Sequence record: SRR20825019_2198
Strand: one strand, 5' to 3'
Length of the DNA stretch: 64,000 nt
In this document: one piece after another, positions 50,308 through 60,372 of the stretch
Layout: every line of letters begins with the position of its first letter
How positions within the stretch are numbered: position 1 is the stretch's first letter
Program-made: the position numbers and the translations under genes
Notes under the pieces: model-generated
Told to the model about the DNA's origin: nothing
Seen by the model: the letters and a program-made list of their open reading frames with translations, nothing else
Database searches by the model: none

Positions 50308-51251
50308 ACCACGCCTGTGGCACGGCGCCTGAACATCCGGCCATTGATGATAAGAAGCCCGAGGCCAATACACACAAGCCCAAGCCCATGTGTGGGCTCC
50401 AACACCTCGCCCAGAAACCCGATACCCAGCGCAGACGCCGTCACGGGGATGGTAAGTGTCACCAGGGAAGCGTTGGTGGCGCCCGCGTTTGCGATAAGCC
50501 GGAAATACAAGAGATAGGCAAAAGCCGTTGAAATGGTCGCGAGTGAAATGAGCGCCAGAATCACGCCGGTTGACGGCATCGCCAGCGCATATGATTTCTC
50601 ATACAGCACAGCAAACGGGGTGAACATGACCGCCGCCGCCAGTACCTGCCCAAAGGCGATCTGCATGGGCTTGAGGCCTAGGCGCACAAAGCGCCGGCCG
50701 ATCACCGCGGCAACAGCGTAAGACGCCGCGCCACCAAGAACCGCCGTTTGCCCAAGAAGGCCCGATGTCAGCCCCTTCAATGCGGCAGGCCCCACAATTA
50801 GCACAACACCACCAAAACCGACCAGCACACCAATCAGGCGGTTAGCTGTCAGCTTCTCATCGCTGGTGAAAAAATGCGCGATAAACACTGTAAAAATGGG
50901 CATGGTGGCGTTAAGGATTGATGCCAAGCTTGAGGTAATGTGGGTTTGGCCCCATACGATCAGGCTTTGCGGCACGATGTTGTTGAAAAAGCCCATGAGC
51001 GCCATGGCAAAGATCACCTGCCCCTTGTAGCTACGCCCTTCAAACGGCAGCGGAATACCTTTCGCCCGCATATAGAAAAACAGCGCGATAGCGGCTAACC
51101 CAACCCTGATTGAGACAATGGTGAAGGGAGGTAGCTCGGTCACGGCAATCTCGATCGAGAAGAAAGACGCGCCCCACACGACGGAAAGTAGCGCCATTGT
51201 CAGCCAGTCTTTCACTGTCATCTGAATGCCCGCAGGACCACCGCTCGCCAT
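50304..51251 (-). CDS. DMT/EamA family transporter
   Basis: WGASF, about 10 TM segments, SILNATMPIF, AYLLYFRLI. Confidence 0.92.
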   Translation of the reverse strand: MASGGPAGIQMTVKDWLTMALLSVVWGASFFSIEIAVTELPPFTIVSIRVGLAAIALFFYMRAKGIPLPFEGRSYKGQVIFAMALMGFFNNIVPQSLIVWGQTHITSSLASILNATMPIFTVFIAHFFTSDEKLTANRLIGVLVGFGGVVLIVGPAALKGLTSGLLGQTAVLGGAASYAVAAVIGRRFVRLGLKPMQIAFGQVLAAAVMFTPFAVLYEKSYALAMPSTGVILALISLATISTAFAYLLYFRLIANAGATNASLVTLTIPVTASALGIGFLGEVLEPTHGLGLVCIGLGLLIINGRMFRRRATGVV

Positions 51252-51410
51252 ATGATTTCCTTATCCTCGCCCGTGACCCGGCGCTTTTGATTGGCCTTTT
51301 GATTGATCGGGAGCTTAGCCAAAGGGCGAGTTCGGTGCATCCCGTTTCTTGCTGCCCGAATTCACTTCTTCGGCATTGGAAGCTGGCTTGGCAGGCGCTG
51401 GTTCTGCCCT

Positions 51411-53318
51411 CTATTCCAGCGGGTCCAGAGCTTTGGCAATGTTGATAATCTGCTCGTCGCTCAGGTGGTCAAGTTGCACCAGTGTGGGCCGCGTCCGGTC
51501 AAAAGCGATAACTTCGGCCGGGTGTTTCTCCATCCACTCAACAAAACCTTCGAGCACTCTGGCGTTCGCTTGCCCTTCGGGCGTATCACCGCCAATACCG
51601 GGCAGGAGGATAGCCCCCGCAAGCGCGAAACGTGGCCGGGGGCTTTTAACAATCATGGCAAGCCGGGCGTGGTACTCAAGGGTGGCAGCGGGTGTGTTTG
51701 CAAACTCGTCCCCAAGCCGCGCACGCTCAATGGCAAACCGCGCCTGATACCCGTTCACCTGTCCCTCCGTGATTGCAAAATCAGCTTCAGCGGTGAAAGC
51801 GCCTTCAATACGCTCTTTTTCAAGCCCGGAACGCTTGAGCATATGCATCAGCCCGTGGCAGGCCTGCCATTCAAGCCGGGTTTTAAGCCCCGGCAAATAG
51901 GCGACTGTTTTATTACCCATCAATGCGGCATCGCCGAGGGACATATCCCTGATTTCATAAGCCCGCTTAACAGGGTCGACGCCCGCGCCACACCGCTGCC
52001 ACAGTGCCGCCCCGGTTTGAACGCCACCCGCCTCAGCCGCCTCACTGCCCGCAAGTTGCACAGTGCCTTCCTCGCTGTTCCAGCCGCGACCGGATGCGTT
52101 ATCCCCCAGCACAAAAAACTCTAAACCCCGCGCGGCCATAAAGCCCACGCTCAGCGCTGTCACATCAGCCTGCACACCATGTTGGCTAACGGTGGTTGTC
52201 TCGGTTGCCAACTGGTGGCCAAGTTTCAGCTCGGTGCCGTTTTCGTCCCAGTTCAACAAAGCCCCAAACCGGTTGCGGATATAGCTGGTAAAGCTTTCCC
52301 GGTCATACGCCTCACCGCCGAGTGCATTCGGTATTTTCGCTGCAAATGCCTTGGCCGCTGCATCGAAGGCTGTGAAGGCCCGACCTGAGGTATCTCCGCC
52401 CGCAACCCGCGCACGGTATATCTCCTCAAGCGAGGCGTTGAGCGTATCAAGGAATGAGGCATAAGCGACAATCTCGGCGATGCCGTCTTCCGCCAGAAAA
52501 TCTTTCTTCCCTCGGCTCGGGTGTTTTTCCGCAATCAAGGCCGCCGCCTGTGCGAGGCGTAGCTCCGCCAGCGCAAACACTATTTTGCGCCGCCGCTCGG
52601 GTACAAGCGTTGAGCCTAGCCAACCGGAAAGCTCTTCCTTGAGTGTATTGAAGGGCGCTGCAAATTGCCCGCCAGAGACACGTTCTGTTGCCGGGATCAG
52701 AGCCGTGAGCGCCTGCAGCATGGTATCCCCGTCCCCTAACCGTACGGAGAAATCAAACAGCATTTTGGCCGCAGCCTGTGAGCTTGGGTTATCTTCAAGC
52801 GCCATGCGCAGCGTTTGTGCATTGATCGCCAGCGCCCGACGCGCAAGCGACGCCGTGGGGCTGTCATAAGCTGCCATCAGGCTTTCAGCGTACAGAAGCG
52901 TCCGGGCTTCCGCGCGCTCAGTTGCTTCGGCCAGCTCATTGGCTTTAAGGGCAAAGGTGATGGCTTTCCTCGGCTCACCCCCCTCAATCAAGGCGCGGGC
53001 TTTGGCGGCGGCCACGCCTTCCGCCTGGGCGCCGTAACGCTCAGCAATGCTGACCCAGTTCATGGCGGCAGCCATGTCCTTGTCCATCCGCGCGCTCATG
53101 TCCGCAAGGAAAAGTGCCGCTTTGGCCCTATCGTCAAATGGCGCGCGTTCGTTCCCCGCAAGGGCCACCATGGCGCGGCGCCCTTCAACTACATGCAGCG
53201 CAAAAAGCTCAGCCTGTGCTTTATCAAATTCCGGCCCCGCATGAACGGGAGCGCTGAACGAGATAACCGCAATGGTAAACGCGGCGGCGCAGCGGCGCAA
53301 AGAGTATGAAGTCGACAT
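51411..53318 (-). CDS. Secreted helical (TPR-like) hypothetical protein
   Basis: Signal peptide (PVHA), Ala-rich helical repeats, long ORF with host-like codon usage. Confidence 0.75.
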   Translation of the reverse strand: MSTSYSLRRCAAAFTIAVISFSAPVHAGPEFDKAQAELFALHVVEGRRAMVALAGNERAPFDDRAKAALFLADMSARMDKDMAAAMNWVSIAERYGAQAEGVAAAKARALIEGGEPRKAITFALKANELAEATERAEARTLLYAESLMAAYDSPTASLARRALAINAQTLRMALEDNPSSQAAAKMLFDFSVRLGDGDTMLQALTALIPATERVSGGQFAAPFNTLKEELSGWLGSTLVPERRRKIVFALAELRLAQAAALIAEKHPSRGKKDFLAEDGIAEIVAYASFLDTLNASLEEIYRARVAGGDTSGRAFTAFDAAAKAFAAKIPNALGGEAYDRESFTSYIRNRFGALLNWDENGTELKLGHQLATETTTVSQHGVQADVTALSVGFMAARGLEFFVLGDNASGRGWNSEEGTVQLAGSEAAEAGGVQTGAALWQRCGAGVDPVKRAYEIRDMSLGDAALMGNKTVAYLPGLKTRLEWQACHGLMHMLKRSGLEKERIEGAFTAEADFAITEGQVNGYQARFAIERARLGDEFANTPAATLEYHARLAMIVKSPRPRFALAGAILLPGIGGDTPEGQANARVLEGFVEWMEKHPAEVIAFDRTRPTLVQLDHLSDEQIINIAKALDPLE

Positions 53319-53664
53319 AAGGCTCCCAGGCATGATTGCGGTCGAGGCATGAACCTATCACCATTTGGTTTTACCAAACAGCGGCCCCAACTCAAACCCT
53401 GAGTTGTCACTGGCTATTGGGATTCAATTCACCGCACAAACAGAACGACTGGTCGCAAAAAGCGGGTTGCGCAAATCGTTTACCCATACTACACATGTAG
53501 TACTAAGCGCCCAGACAATTGGAATATTTTCACACTCAGACGAAAGAGAGCGGGAAGGCTTTCTCTTTGGCCACGGTGAAGGCTAACCCAAAGTCAAAAA
53601 ACACAAAACACTATAACGTTAAAGAACTGTGCTCACACACAGGCGAATATGAGGGAACGAGTAT

Positions 53665-55749
53665 ATGAGGGGGAGGCTTACGAGCCCGGCACTAAGCCCG
53701 GTGCTGGCGCTGTTTTCGCTGGCGCTAATCACACCAGAAGTTTTTGGGCAAACAGCGACAGAGGCAGCAACCGCGAGCTCAAGCGCCGCAGAAGCGGGAT
53801 CAGAAAACTATACTGCCAGCTTCTTCGCGCAATATACCCCCCAAAACGCCTATGACATGGTCCAGCGCCTGCCCGGCTTCATGTTTGATGAAGGCGAAAG
53901 CGCGCGGGGCTTTGGCGGCACAGCCGGTAACGTGCTGATCGACGGCGCGCGCCCCACCTCAAAATCAGGTGGCCTTGTGGAAGCGCTGCGACGTATCCCG
54001 GCAGCCCAGGTTGACCGTATTGAGCTGCAGCGCGGCGCGTTCGCGGCGGGCGAGGCCGCAGGCCAAAGTGTGGTGGCCAATGTGATCCGCTTCAAGGACA
54101 AAAGCTCAGGCACCTGGGCGCTTGAAATGCGCCGGGTCGGCAACAATAAAATCCTGCCAATGGTGGACGCTACGTTCACCACCAATATTGGCGGATGGGA
54201 TACTTCCTTCCAGCTTGATACGTTCCTGCTGTCCACCAACCGTGATGCCGTAATCAGCAAACGAGAAACAAACGGCACGCTCACCAGCCGTACAACCGAA
54301 GACCGGCAGGAGGAAGAACGTTTTGGCGCGCTTTCATTCGACGCAGGGCGAAACGCGTTTGGCGGCAGGTTGCAGCTTAACGGCAGGTTGAAATTTTTCC
54401 GCTGGGCGGGGGATACGAAGCGCCGCAACCGTGGCCTTGGTGCGCTTGATGGCCCGGTCATTGACCGGTTCGACAACCGCCATGTGGAAGAGGAATACGG
54501 TGGCGAGCTGGGTGCAGATTGGTCTCGCACCTATGCCTCAGGCTGGAAATGGCGCCTGATCGGACTTGGCACATATGAACAGGAAACCAACACGGATAAC
54601 TTCAACTTCAATATGCCCGCTAGAACACTGCTTGAGCTCGGCAATATCCGTGAAGTTGAAAAAGAGACCGAGACCATCCTGCGCACAACCTTTGGCCAAA
54701 CCACAGGAAGCCTGAAGCCGGAATTTGGAGTTGAAGGTGCTTTCAACCGGCTTGATACGTCTATCGAGATAGCGATCGAAGACGGCGCAGGCACACCAAC
54801 CGAGGTGCTACCAGAAGACACCGTGCGCGTGCAGGAAGTGCGGGCCGAAGCTTTTGGCAACCTTGTATGGCAAGCCAGCAGCAAACTGACAGCAGACGCA
54901 GGCATCAAGGCCGAGGTTTCCCGCATCGCAACCCGTGGCGGCAATGCGCAGACCTTCAAGTTCCTGAAGCCGTCTGCCGGGCTTACCTATACGGTATCAG
55001 ATCAACTGCGACTGGGCCTCAAGGCAGAACGCAGCGTTGGCCAGCTTGATTTCTCTGACTTCGCAGCGTCGGCTGATGCAATTGATGACCGTGTGTTCGC
55101 GGGCAACCCAGACCTGCGCCCCGACCGAACAGACAGACTTGAAGCCAAAATCGACTATACCTTCGGGGAACGCGGTGCGATCTCCACCACACTCTTTTAC
55201 GAGTGGAAGGACGATGTGCTTGAGCGCACGATTTTGGAATCCGGCGGCGAAGCGCTTGCCAACATCGGTAGCGCCAAGCGCTGGGGCTTGAATGCAAACG
55301 CAAACCTGCCGCTTGATTTCATCCTCAAAGGCGGCCTTCTCGAGGTAGACGTATATCTGAAGGAAAGCGATTTCCTTGACCCCATCAGCAACAAAAGCCG
55401 CCGCGTGCATGACTTCGTGCCAAGCGAATTTTATATCGATTTCCGGCACGATATCCCAAACAGCAACTGGGCATGGGGGCTGGAGTATAATTCAACCCAT
55501 AATTGGCACGGCTATTTCATTGATGAATTTGAGGAATTTAGCCCCAAGGCCAACTATAATGCGTTCGTGGAAACCACCCAGTTCTTCGGTGTAAAAACAA
55601 CGCTGCTGTTCTATGACATCACCGGCGGTGAATATAACCGCATGCGCCACTTCTACGGCCCCAACCGGGGCGGCGATAAAGTTGGCACAGCACTGTCTGA
55701 GCGTCGGCGCGACATGGGCATCAAATTTGTGATCAGCGGGCAGTTTTAA
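53665..55749 (+). CDS. TonB-dependent receptor (short-plug type)
   Basis: FFAQYTPQNAYDMVQRLPGF, GNVLIDGARP, GNPDLRP, terminal SGQF. Confidence 0.88.
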   Translation: MRGRLTSPALSPVLALFSLALITPEVFGQTATEAATASSSAAEAGSENYTASFFAQYTPQNAYDMVQRLPGFMFDEGESARGFGGTAGNVLIDGARPTSKSGGLVEALRRIPAAQVDRIELQRGAFAAGEAAGQSVVANVIRFKDKSSGTWALEMRRVGNNKILPMVDATFTTNIGGWDTSFQLDTFLLSTNRDAVISKRETNGTLTSRTTEDRQEEERFGALSFDAGRNAFGGRLQLNGRLKFFRWAGDTKRRNRGLGALDGPVIDRFDNRHVEEEYGGELGADWSRTYASGWKWRLIGLGTYEQETNTDNFNFNMPARTLLELGNIREVEKETETILRTTFGQTTGSLKPEFGVEGAFNRLDTSIEIAIEDGAGTPTEVLPEDTVRVQEVRAEAFGNLVWQASSKLTADAGIKAEVSRIATRGGNAQTFKFLKPSAGLTYTVSDQLRLGLKAERSVGQLDFSDFAASADAIDDRVFAGNPDLRPDRTDRLEAKIDYTFGERGAISTTLFYEWKDDVLERTILESGGEALANIGSAKRWGLNANANLPLDFILKGGLLEVDVYLKESDFLDPISNKSRRVHDFVPSEFYIDFRHDIPNSNWAWGLEYNSTHNWHGYFIDEFEEFSPKANYNAFVETTQFFGVKTTLLFYDITGGEYNRMRHFYGPNRGGDKVGTALSERRRDMGIKFVISGQF

Positions 55750-55760
55750 GCCCTTCCCCC

Positions 55761-55840
55761 AAAAGAAGAACCCGTGCGCTGATGGGGGGGAGCGCACGGG
55801 TTAAAGCCGGGGTAATAAGGGGGAGGAGTGGGCCCCCGGC
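55761..55840 (-). ncRNA. Candidate 3'UTR sRNA: two hairpins with C-rich (anti-SD-like) loops, the last a terminator
   Basis: GCCGGGG-(GCCCACTCCTCCCCCTTATTA)-CCCCGGC, then AACCCGTGCGCT-(CCCCCCCATC)-AGCGCACGGGTT-CTTCTTTT. Confidence 0.5.
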
Positions 55841-55885
55841 AAGACTACAGATAAGGTGCCTTGAAGCTGCTTTTAAGGGGGTGCG

Positions 55886-56806
55886 TCAAAACTTCACACT
55901 CTGTTGATCGGTGACCGTATTTTCCGTGATCGGGCGCGAGCCGCCATAGGCTGAAAGCACCGCCGCCATAAGGATCAAAAAGCCGCCACCCCACACCATG
56001 ATATCCGGCATTTCACCAAACAGAACGACCCCCGCAACTGCCGCCACCAGCAGGCGCAAAAAGTCTACCGGCAACACAACGGTGGCGTCGGCCGCCGCGA
56101 AGGCGCGAGCCATTGCGCTTTGCGCCACAGTAAAACCAAGCCCCATCAGCGCCATCAGGCAGAAGTCTGCGAACGATGGCCAAACCCAGTGATTGAGCGC
56201 AATGATAAAACTGACCGGCAACAGAAGCACAAATTGGGATACCACCATGGTGCCCATATCTTCGGTGCGGGAAAGCATCTTCACGCTAACGAACGCGCCT
56301 GCTGTCATCACAGCACCCACAAGGGCCGCAGCGACGCCAAAGGTTGCCCCCGAGGCATGAGACGGCTGTACCACTATCAGCATGCCAATAAAGCCAAGCA
56401 CCAACGCGATATAGCGTGCGGGCCCTGCCCGTTCCCCCATAAACAACACAGCAGTGATGCCAGAGAATATGGGGGCCAGGTAGGTGATGGCCACAACAGT
56501 GGCAAGTGGTGCGGTGCTGAGCGCATAAAACAGGCTATAGACCCCCACACAAGCCACCAACCCCCGCACACCATGCATAAGCGGGCGTGAGGTTTTCAAA
56601 ATGCCCGGCCCACGGCTGATGATCAGCGGCATCATGGCGATCAAGCCAAAGAAGTTGCGATAAAACACCAACAACTCAGGTGAGTAACGCTCGGCCAACA
56701 ACCGGACAGCCACCCAGATAAGTGATTGGCAAATAGCGTAGGTGGCCATGAAGGCCACCCCGCGTAAATTGTTATTCCCCCCCGCCGTCAGGCTGGATGT
56801 GGTCAT
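55886..56806 (-). CDS. DMT/EamA family transporter
   Basis: About 10 TM segments, FYRNFFG, YLAPIF, LPVDFLRL. Confidence 0.9.
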   Translation of the reverse strand: MTTSSLTAGGNNNLRGVAFMATYAICQSLIWVAVRLLAERYSPELLVFYRNFFGLIAMMPLIISRGPGILKTSRPLMHGVRGLVACVGVYSLFYALSTAPLATVVAITYLAPIFSGITAVLFMGERAGPARYIALVLGFIGMLIVVQPSHASGATFGVAAALVGAVMTAGAFVSVKMLSRTEDMGTMVVSQFVLLLPVSFIIALNHWVWPSFADFCLMALMGLGFTVAQSAMARAFAAADATVVLPVDFLRLLVAAVAGVVLFGEMPDIMVWGGGFLILMAAVLSAYGGSRPITENTVTDQQSVKF

Positions 56807-56812
56807 GAACTA

Positions 56813-57766
56813 TCACTCCACAGTGGGGTTCAAAGCTGTTACCCGCCAGTTGAAGATATCGCTCACCAGCACACCGCCACCGGGTCTGAGCGCCAGACCA
56901 TGCAGCGAGCTATATTGCCCAACTTCCTTGCCTGCTTCACCCGTGCGGCTCAGCACTTTGCCGTCGTCACTCAGCGTTACAAGGTTCTCGTTGCGGGCGT
57001 CGGTCATCAGGAAACCACCGCCCGGCAACAGGACAAGACCGTAAGGGTAACCAATGCCTGTCCATTCCTTCTTGAAATTGCCTTCAAGATCGAAAAGCTG
57101 AATGCGCTGGTTTTCACGGTCTGCGACATAGAGAGTATCGCCCTTCACCACCACAGAGTGCGGGAAGTTGAACTGGCCTTCGCCCTCACCCTTTTCGCCA
57201 AACATCTTGATCATGTTGCCGTCGGGGCCGAATTTCACGACACGGAAGTTGCCCCCATCCGCCACATAGAGGTTGCCGTCCGCATCGAACGCTACGTCGT
57301 TTGGTTTATCAAAAAAGGTGAAATTATAGTCGCGGTCAAACCAACCTGGGCTCGCCGTGTTTTTCTTGCCGTACACCCGCAGAACTTTGCCTTCGGGCGA
57401 GAAGCTCAGCACAAGATGGTTGCCCACGTCTGTTGTCCAGATATTGCCGTCCGCGTCAAAGCGCATGCCGTGGGGGCTGGAGAACAGGCCCGCGCCAATC
57501 TCGCGCTCAAACTTGCCATTGGCCTTGAACTTGAGAAGTGCATGCTCGCTGCGGTTAAAAACATAAATCGGGCCAGGCTTGCCGCTATTTGTTTCCGCCT
57601 GCAGCACCGCAGGCACTTCCACAAGATGCCAGCCGTCAGGCATTTCAAGGTTGGGAATGGTCGCCTGCCAATGTGTATCGTCTGCTACCACCGAAGTGGA
57701 CGTGACCGCCGCCGTACCAAGAAGGGTGAAAAGCCCCGCTATGCCGATCAGGTGTTTAACTTTCAT
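56813..57766 (-). CDS. Secreted NHL-repeat beta-propeller, peptidyl-alpha-hydroxyglycine alpha-amidating lyase (PAL)-like
   Basis: PHGMRFDADGNIWTTD, FDKPNDVAFD, FNFPHSV, YVADRENQRIQ. Confidence 0.82.
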   Translation of the reverse strand: MKVKHLIGIAGLFTLLGTAAVTSTSVVADDTHWQATIPNLEMPDGWHLVEVPAVLQAETNSGKPGPIYVFNRSEHALLKFKANGKFEREIGAGLFSSPHGMRFDADGNIWTTDVGNHLVLSFSPEGKVLRVYGKKNTASPGWFDRDYNFTFFDKPNDVAFDADGNLYVADGGNFRVVKFGPDGNMIKMFGEKGEGEGQFNFPHSVVVKGDTLYVADRENQRIQLFDLEGNFKKEWTGIGYPYGLVLLPGGGFLMTDARNENLVTLSDDGKVLSRTGEAGKEVGQYSSLHGLALRPGGGVLVSDIFNWRVTALNPTVE

Positions 57767-57859
57767 CTCGCTTATCCTTTTATCGCATCAGGTTGTTGAT
57801 GTTGCCCGCAAGATCAGCGTTTCACACTGATTATTCAAATATTTAGTTTTTATAGTTTT

Positions 57860-57876
57860 GATAGATTTTAATTATC
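57860..57876. promoter_or_regulatory. LysR T-N11-A box
   Basis: GATA-GATTTTAAT-TATC dyad between the divergent NHL and lysR genes. Confidence 0.5.
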
Positions 57877-57891
57877 AATTAACTTGAAGCC

Positions 57892-58779
57892 ATGGACCTG
57901 AAACAACTTCGATATTTTGCGGCCGTGCTGGATGAAGGCGGCATGCGCAAAGCGGCAACCGCACTGCACGTAAGCCAGCCTGCCCTTACGGTGGCAGTAC
58001 AAAACCTTGAGGAAAGCCTTGGGGTGAAACTGTTTGTACGCACCGGTCGCACCATTGAACCCAGCCGGGAGGGATACCAGTTTTACCAGCATGCCCGCGC
58101 CATCCTCGCACAAGCCGAGAAGGCGAAAAGCGAGATGCGCGCGCTTGGGCTTTTGGAGCAAGCCAGTCTGCCCATCGCCGCCACCGGCTTGATCGCCAAC
58201 CATGTGCTCGCCGCACCGCTAAGTGACTTTCTGGCCACCAACCCAGGCGTCAAGCTTTCCCTCAGGCAGCTCGCTGGCCAGTCGGTGGAAAGCGCGCTTA
58301 AGGTGGGGGAGATTGAAGTCGGTTTCACCACGCACCGGCTGGATGAAACCTTTGAGCAGATACCGCTTTTTACCCAGCAGGCGGTTGCATGCCTGCTAGC
58401 AGATCACCCGGCGGCAAACGCGGCGTCTATCAGTTGGAAAACCCTGCTCGATATGCCCCTGGCCACGCTGCCCAAAAGTTACCTGATCCACGAGAAGCTG
58501 ATCCGTGAGGCGGCACGGCACAGAAAGTCTGTCAATGTGGTGCTGGAGACAGACGTGATGTCCCTTCTGGCCTCGGCCATTGAAGCGGGCACAGCCACGG
58601 GTTTGCTGATTGAGGCCGCGAAACCGAAATCAAACCGGGTTATGGCCCTGCCGATCGCAGAGAACAAGGGATATCATTTCACGGTAAGTGCATGCTGGCG
58701 GCGCGACATGCCGCTATCCGTTGCGGGGCGCGCGCTGATAGATTTCCTCAAACGCCAGCAGGGCGTGGCAGAAGGCTAG
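57892..58779 (+). CDS. LysR-family transcriptional regulator
   Basis: MDLKQLRYF...AATALHVSQPALT...LEESLGVKLFVR. Confidence 0.95.
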   Translation: MDLKQLRYFAAVLDEGGMRKAATALHVSQPALTVAVQNLEESLGVKLFVRTGRTIEPSREGYQFYQHARAILAQAEKAKSEMRALGLLEQASLPIAATGLIANHVLAAPLSDFLATNPGVKLSLRQLAGQSVESALKVGEIEVGFTTHRLDETFEQIPLFTQQAVACLLADHPAANAASISWKTLLDMPLATLPKSYLIHEKLIREAARHRKSVNVVLETDVMSLLASAIEAGTATGLLIEAAKPKSNRVMALPIAENKGYHFTVSACWRRDMPLSVAGRALIDFLKRQQGVAEG

Positions 58780-59201
58780 ACGGACAGCATCCTGAGAAGG
58801 TGGGTCTTGAGCGCAACTGCGTTGATCGGCTTCAGGAGATAGCCTTTAATACCAAGCCCTTTTGCACCGAGAATGTCCTCTTTCTCTGCACTACCGGTCA
58901 AAAACAGCACCGGCGTGCGGGAACGCTTGGCATCGAAACGGATGTTGGCACCCTGACGCAGGCGGGTAACAAAATCGAGGCCACCCATGGGCTCCATATT
59001 GATATCACAAATGATGACATCAAAACCGCGACGATCTAGTTGTTTGAGGGCATCTGAGCCATCTGTTGCTTCAACCACCTCTGCAAAACCAAGTGCCCCC
59101 AAAAGCTTTGTCAGCATGGTTCTGATCAGTTCCTGATCATCCACTATGAGCACTGTCTTTCGTGCAAACGCGGCCATACGAGTGATTTTTTCGTCGCTCA
59201 T
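58776..59201 (-). CDS. Single-domain CheY-like response regulator
   Basis: LIVDD, ICDINMEPMGGL, FLT, YLLKP. Confidence 0.9.
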   Translation of the reverse strand: MSDEKITRMAAFARKTVLIVDDQELIRTMLTKLLGALGFAEVVEATDGSDALKQLDRRGFDVIICDINMEPMGGLDFVTRLRQGANIRFDAKRSRTPVLFLTGSAEKEDILGAKGLGIKGYLLKPINAVALKTHLLRMLSV

Positions 59202-59488
59202 CGCATCCCTGATTAGTTGCCTTTAACTATGGGAATAAACGCTACAAGCGTTTTGGGTTTCTGACAACAGCTTCATTGCGACGTTGCCTTGCAACAGGCT
59301 CTCGCTTAACGTGTTTGGAGAGGACGCAGAAGCCGATTTGGGCAGCTTCACCAGGGACAACGTGCATTAATCTGTTTTAAACGAATGTCCTATAAATTGC
59401 CCAAATGCGCAGCCTGCTGTGGGGTCAGGCGCGACCCGATATCTTAACCTTGTTTCGATTATGCTTTGTTCAAATAGGGAGTGGATGG

Positions 59489-60196
59489 ATGATCCTTCAC
59501 CGCACCAAAGCATTCCTTCTTGGGGCTGCAATTTCACTGGCGGGTTTCACAAGCCCGTCGCTTGCCAATGACGATGGGCTGCAAATATGGGGCGCCAAGG
59601 TATTTGATGCTTTTGCCTCCAAACAGCGTTACCCGCGCCGCGCCGTGGATGATAATCTTGAAGGCACCGTCAAAATCCAGGTAACTGTCGCCAAAACTGG
59701 CGCGATCATCGGTTTTAACATCAACCGGTCTTCCGGGCACGAGATACTGGACGCCGAGGTTCTCGACCTTCTTGGGCGCATCAACCCACTACCGCCGCTG
59801 CCCGAAGGCAAGGAAACTTACGTATTTAAAATTCCACTTCGCTTCCAGATGGATGAGACGGAAACACGGATGGACGCATCCGTCACCGTTGATGCTGCAA
59901 CATCTAACTGGAAAGACTGGCAGCGTTCGGTACAGCGTACCCTGGCACGCAACCAGGGCTATCCAACCCAGTTGATTGAGGAAGGCATTGAAGGTCAGGT
60001 TAAAGTGCAGGTGAATGTGGCGGCTGACGGCACCATCACCGCACAGAATATCGTGCAGTCTTCCGGCAGTGACATTCTGGATGACGAGGCGCTTGACCTT
60101 ATGCGCCGTATCAACTTCCCCGCGCTGCCTGACGCGCAGGAAAGCATTGCACTAACCATTCCGCTTAACTACCGCCTGGACGGTAGACGCGGATAA
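59489..60196 (+). CDS. TonB-family protein with two TonB C-terminal domains
   Basis: YPRRA...LEGTV...SSGHEILDAE and YPTQL...IEGQV...SSGSDILDDE. Confidence 0.85.
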   Translation: MILHRTKAFLLGAAISLAGFTSPSLANDDGLQIWGAKVFDAFASKQRYPRRAVDDNLEGTVKIQVTVAKTGAIIGFNINRSSGHEILDAEVLDLLGRINPLPPLPEGKETYVFKIPLRFQMDETETRMDASVTVDAATSNWKDWQRSVQRTLARNQGYPTQLIEEGIEGQVKVQVNVAADGTITAQNIVQSSGSDILDDEALDLMRRINFPALPDAQESIALTIPLNYRLDGRRG

Positions 60197-60218
60197 CACC
60201 CGAGGCCACGACAGACAG

Positions 60219-60253
60219 AAAAGCCCGACGGGAAACCGCCGGGCTTTTGCATT
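60219..60253. terminator. Terminator hairpin, copy 1 of a 35-bp direct repeat
   Basis: AAAAGCCCGACGGGAAACCGCCGGGCTTTTGCATT. Confidence 0.8.
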
Positions 60254-60372
60254 TTCCCACGCGCCCCAACTTCATCTTTATTAATCTTTGTTTGGGCGCA
60301 AGAAACGGATATCTGCCTCAGGCAGTACCATGGTCTATCTCGCGCTCCTTCCAACAAAGAGCGAGAGAACCA

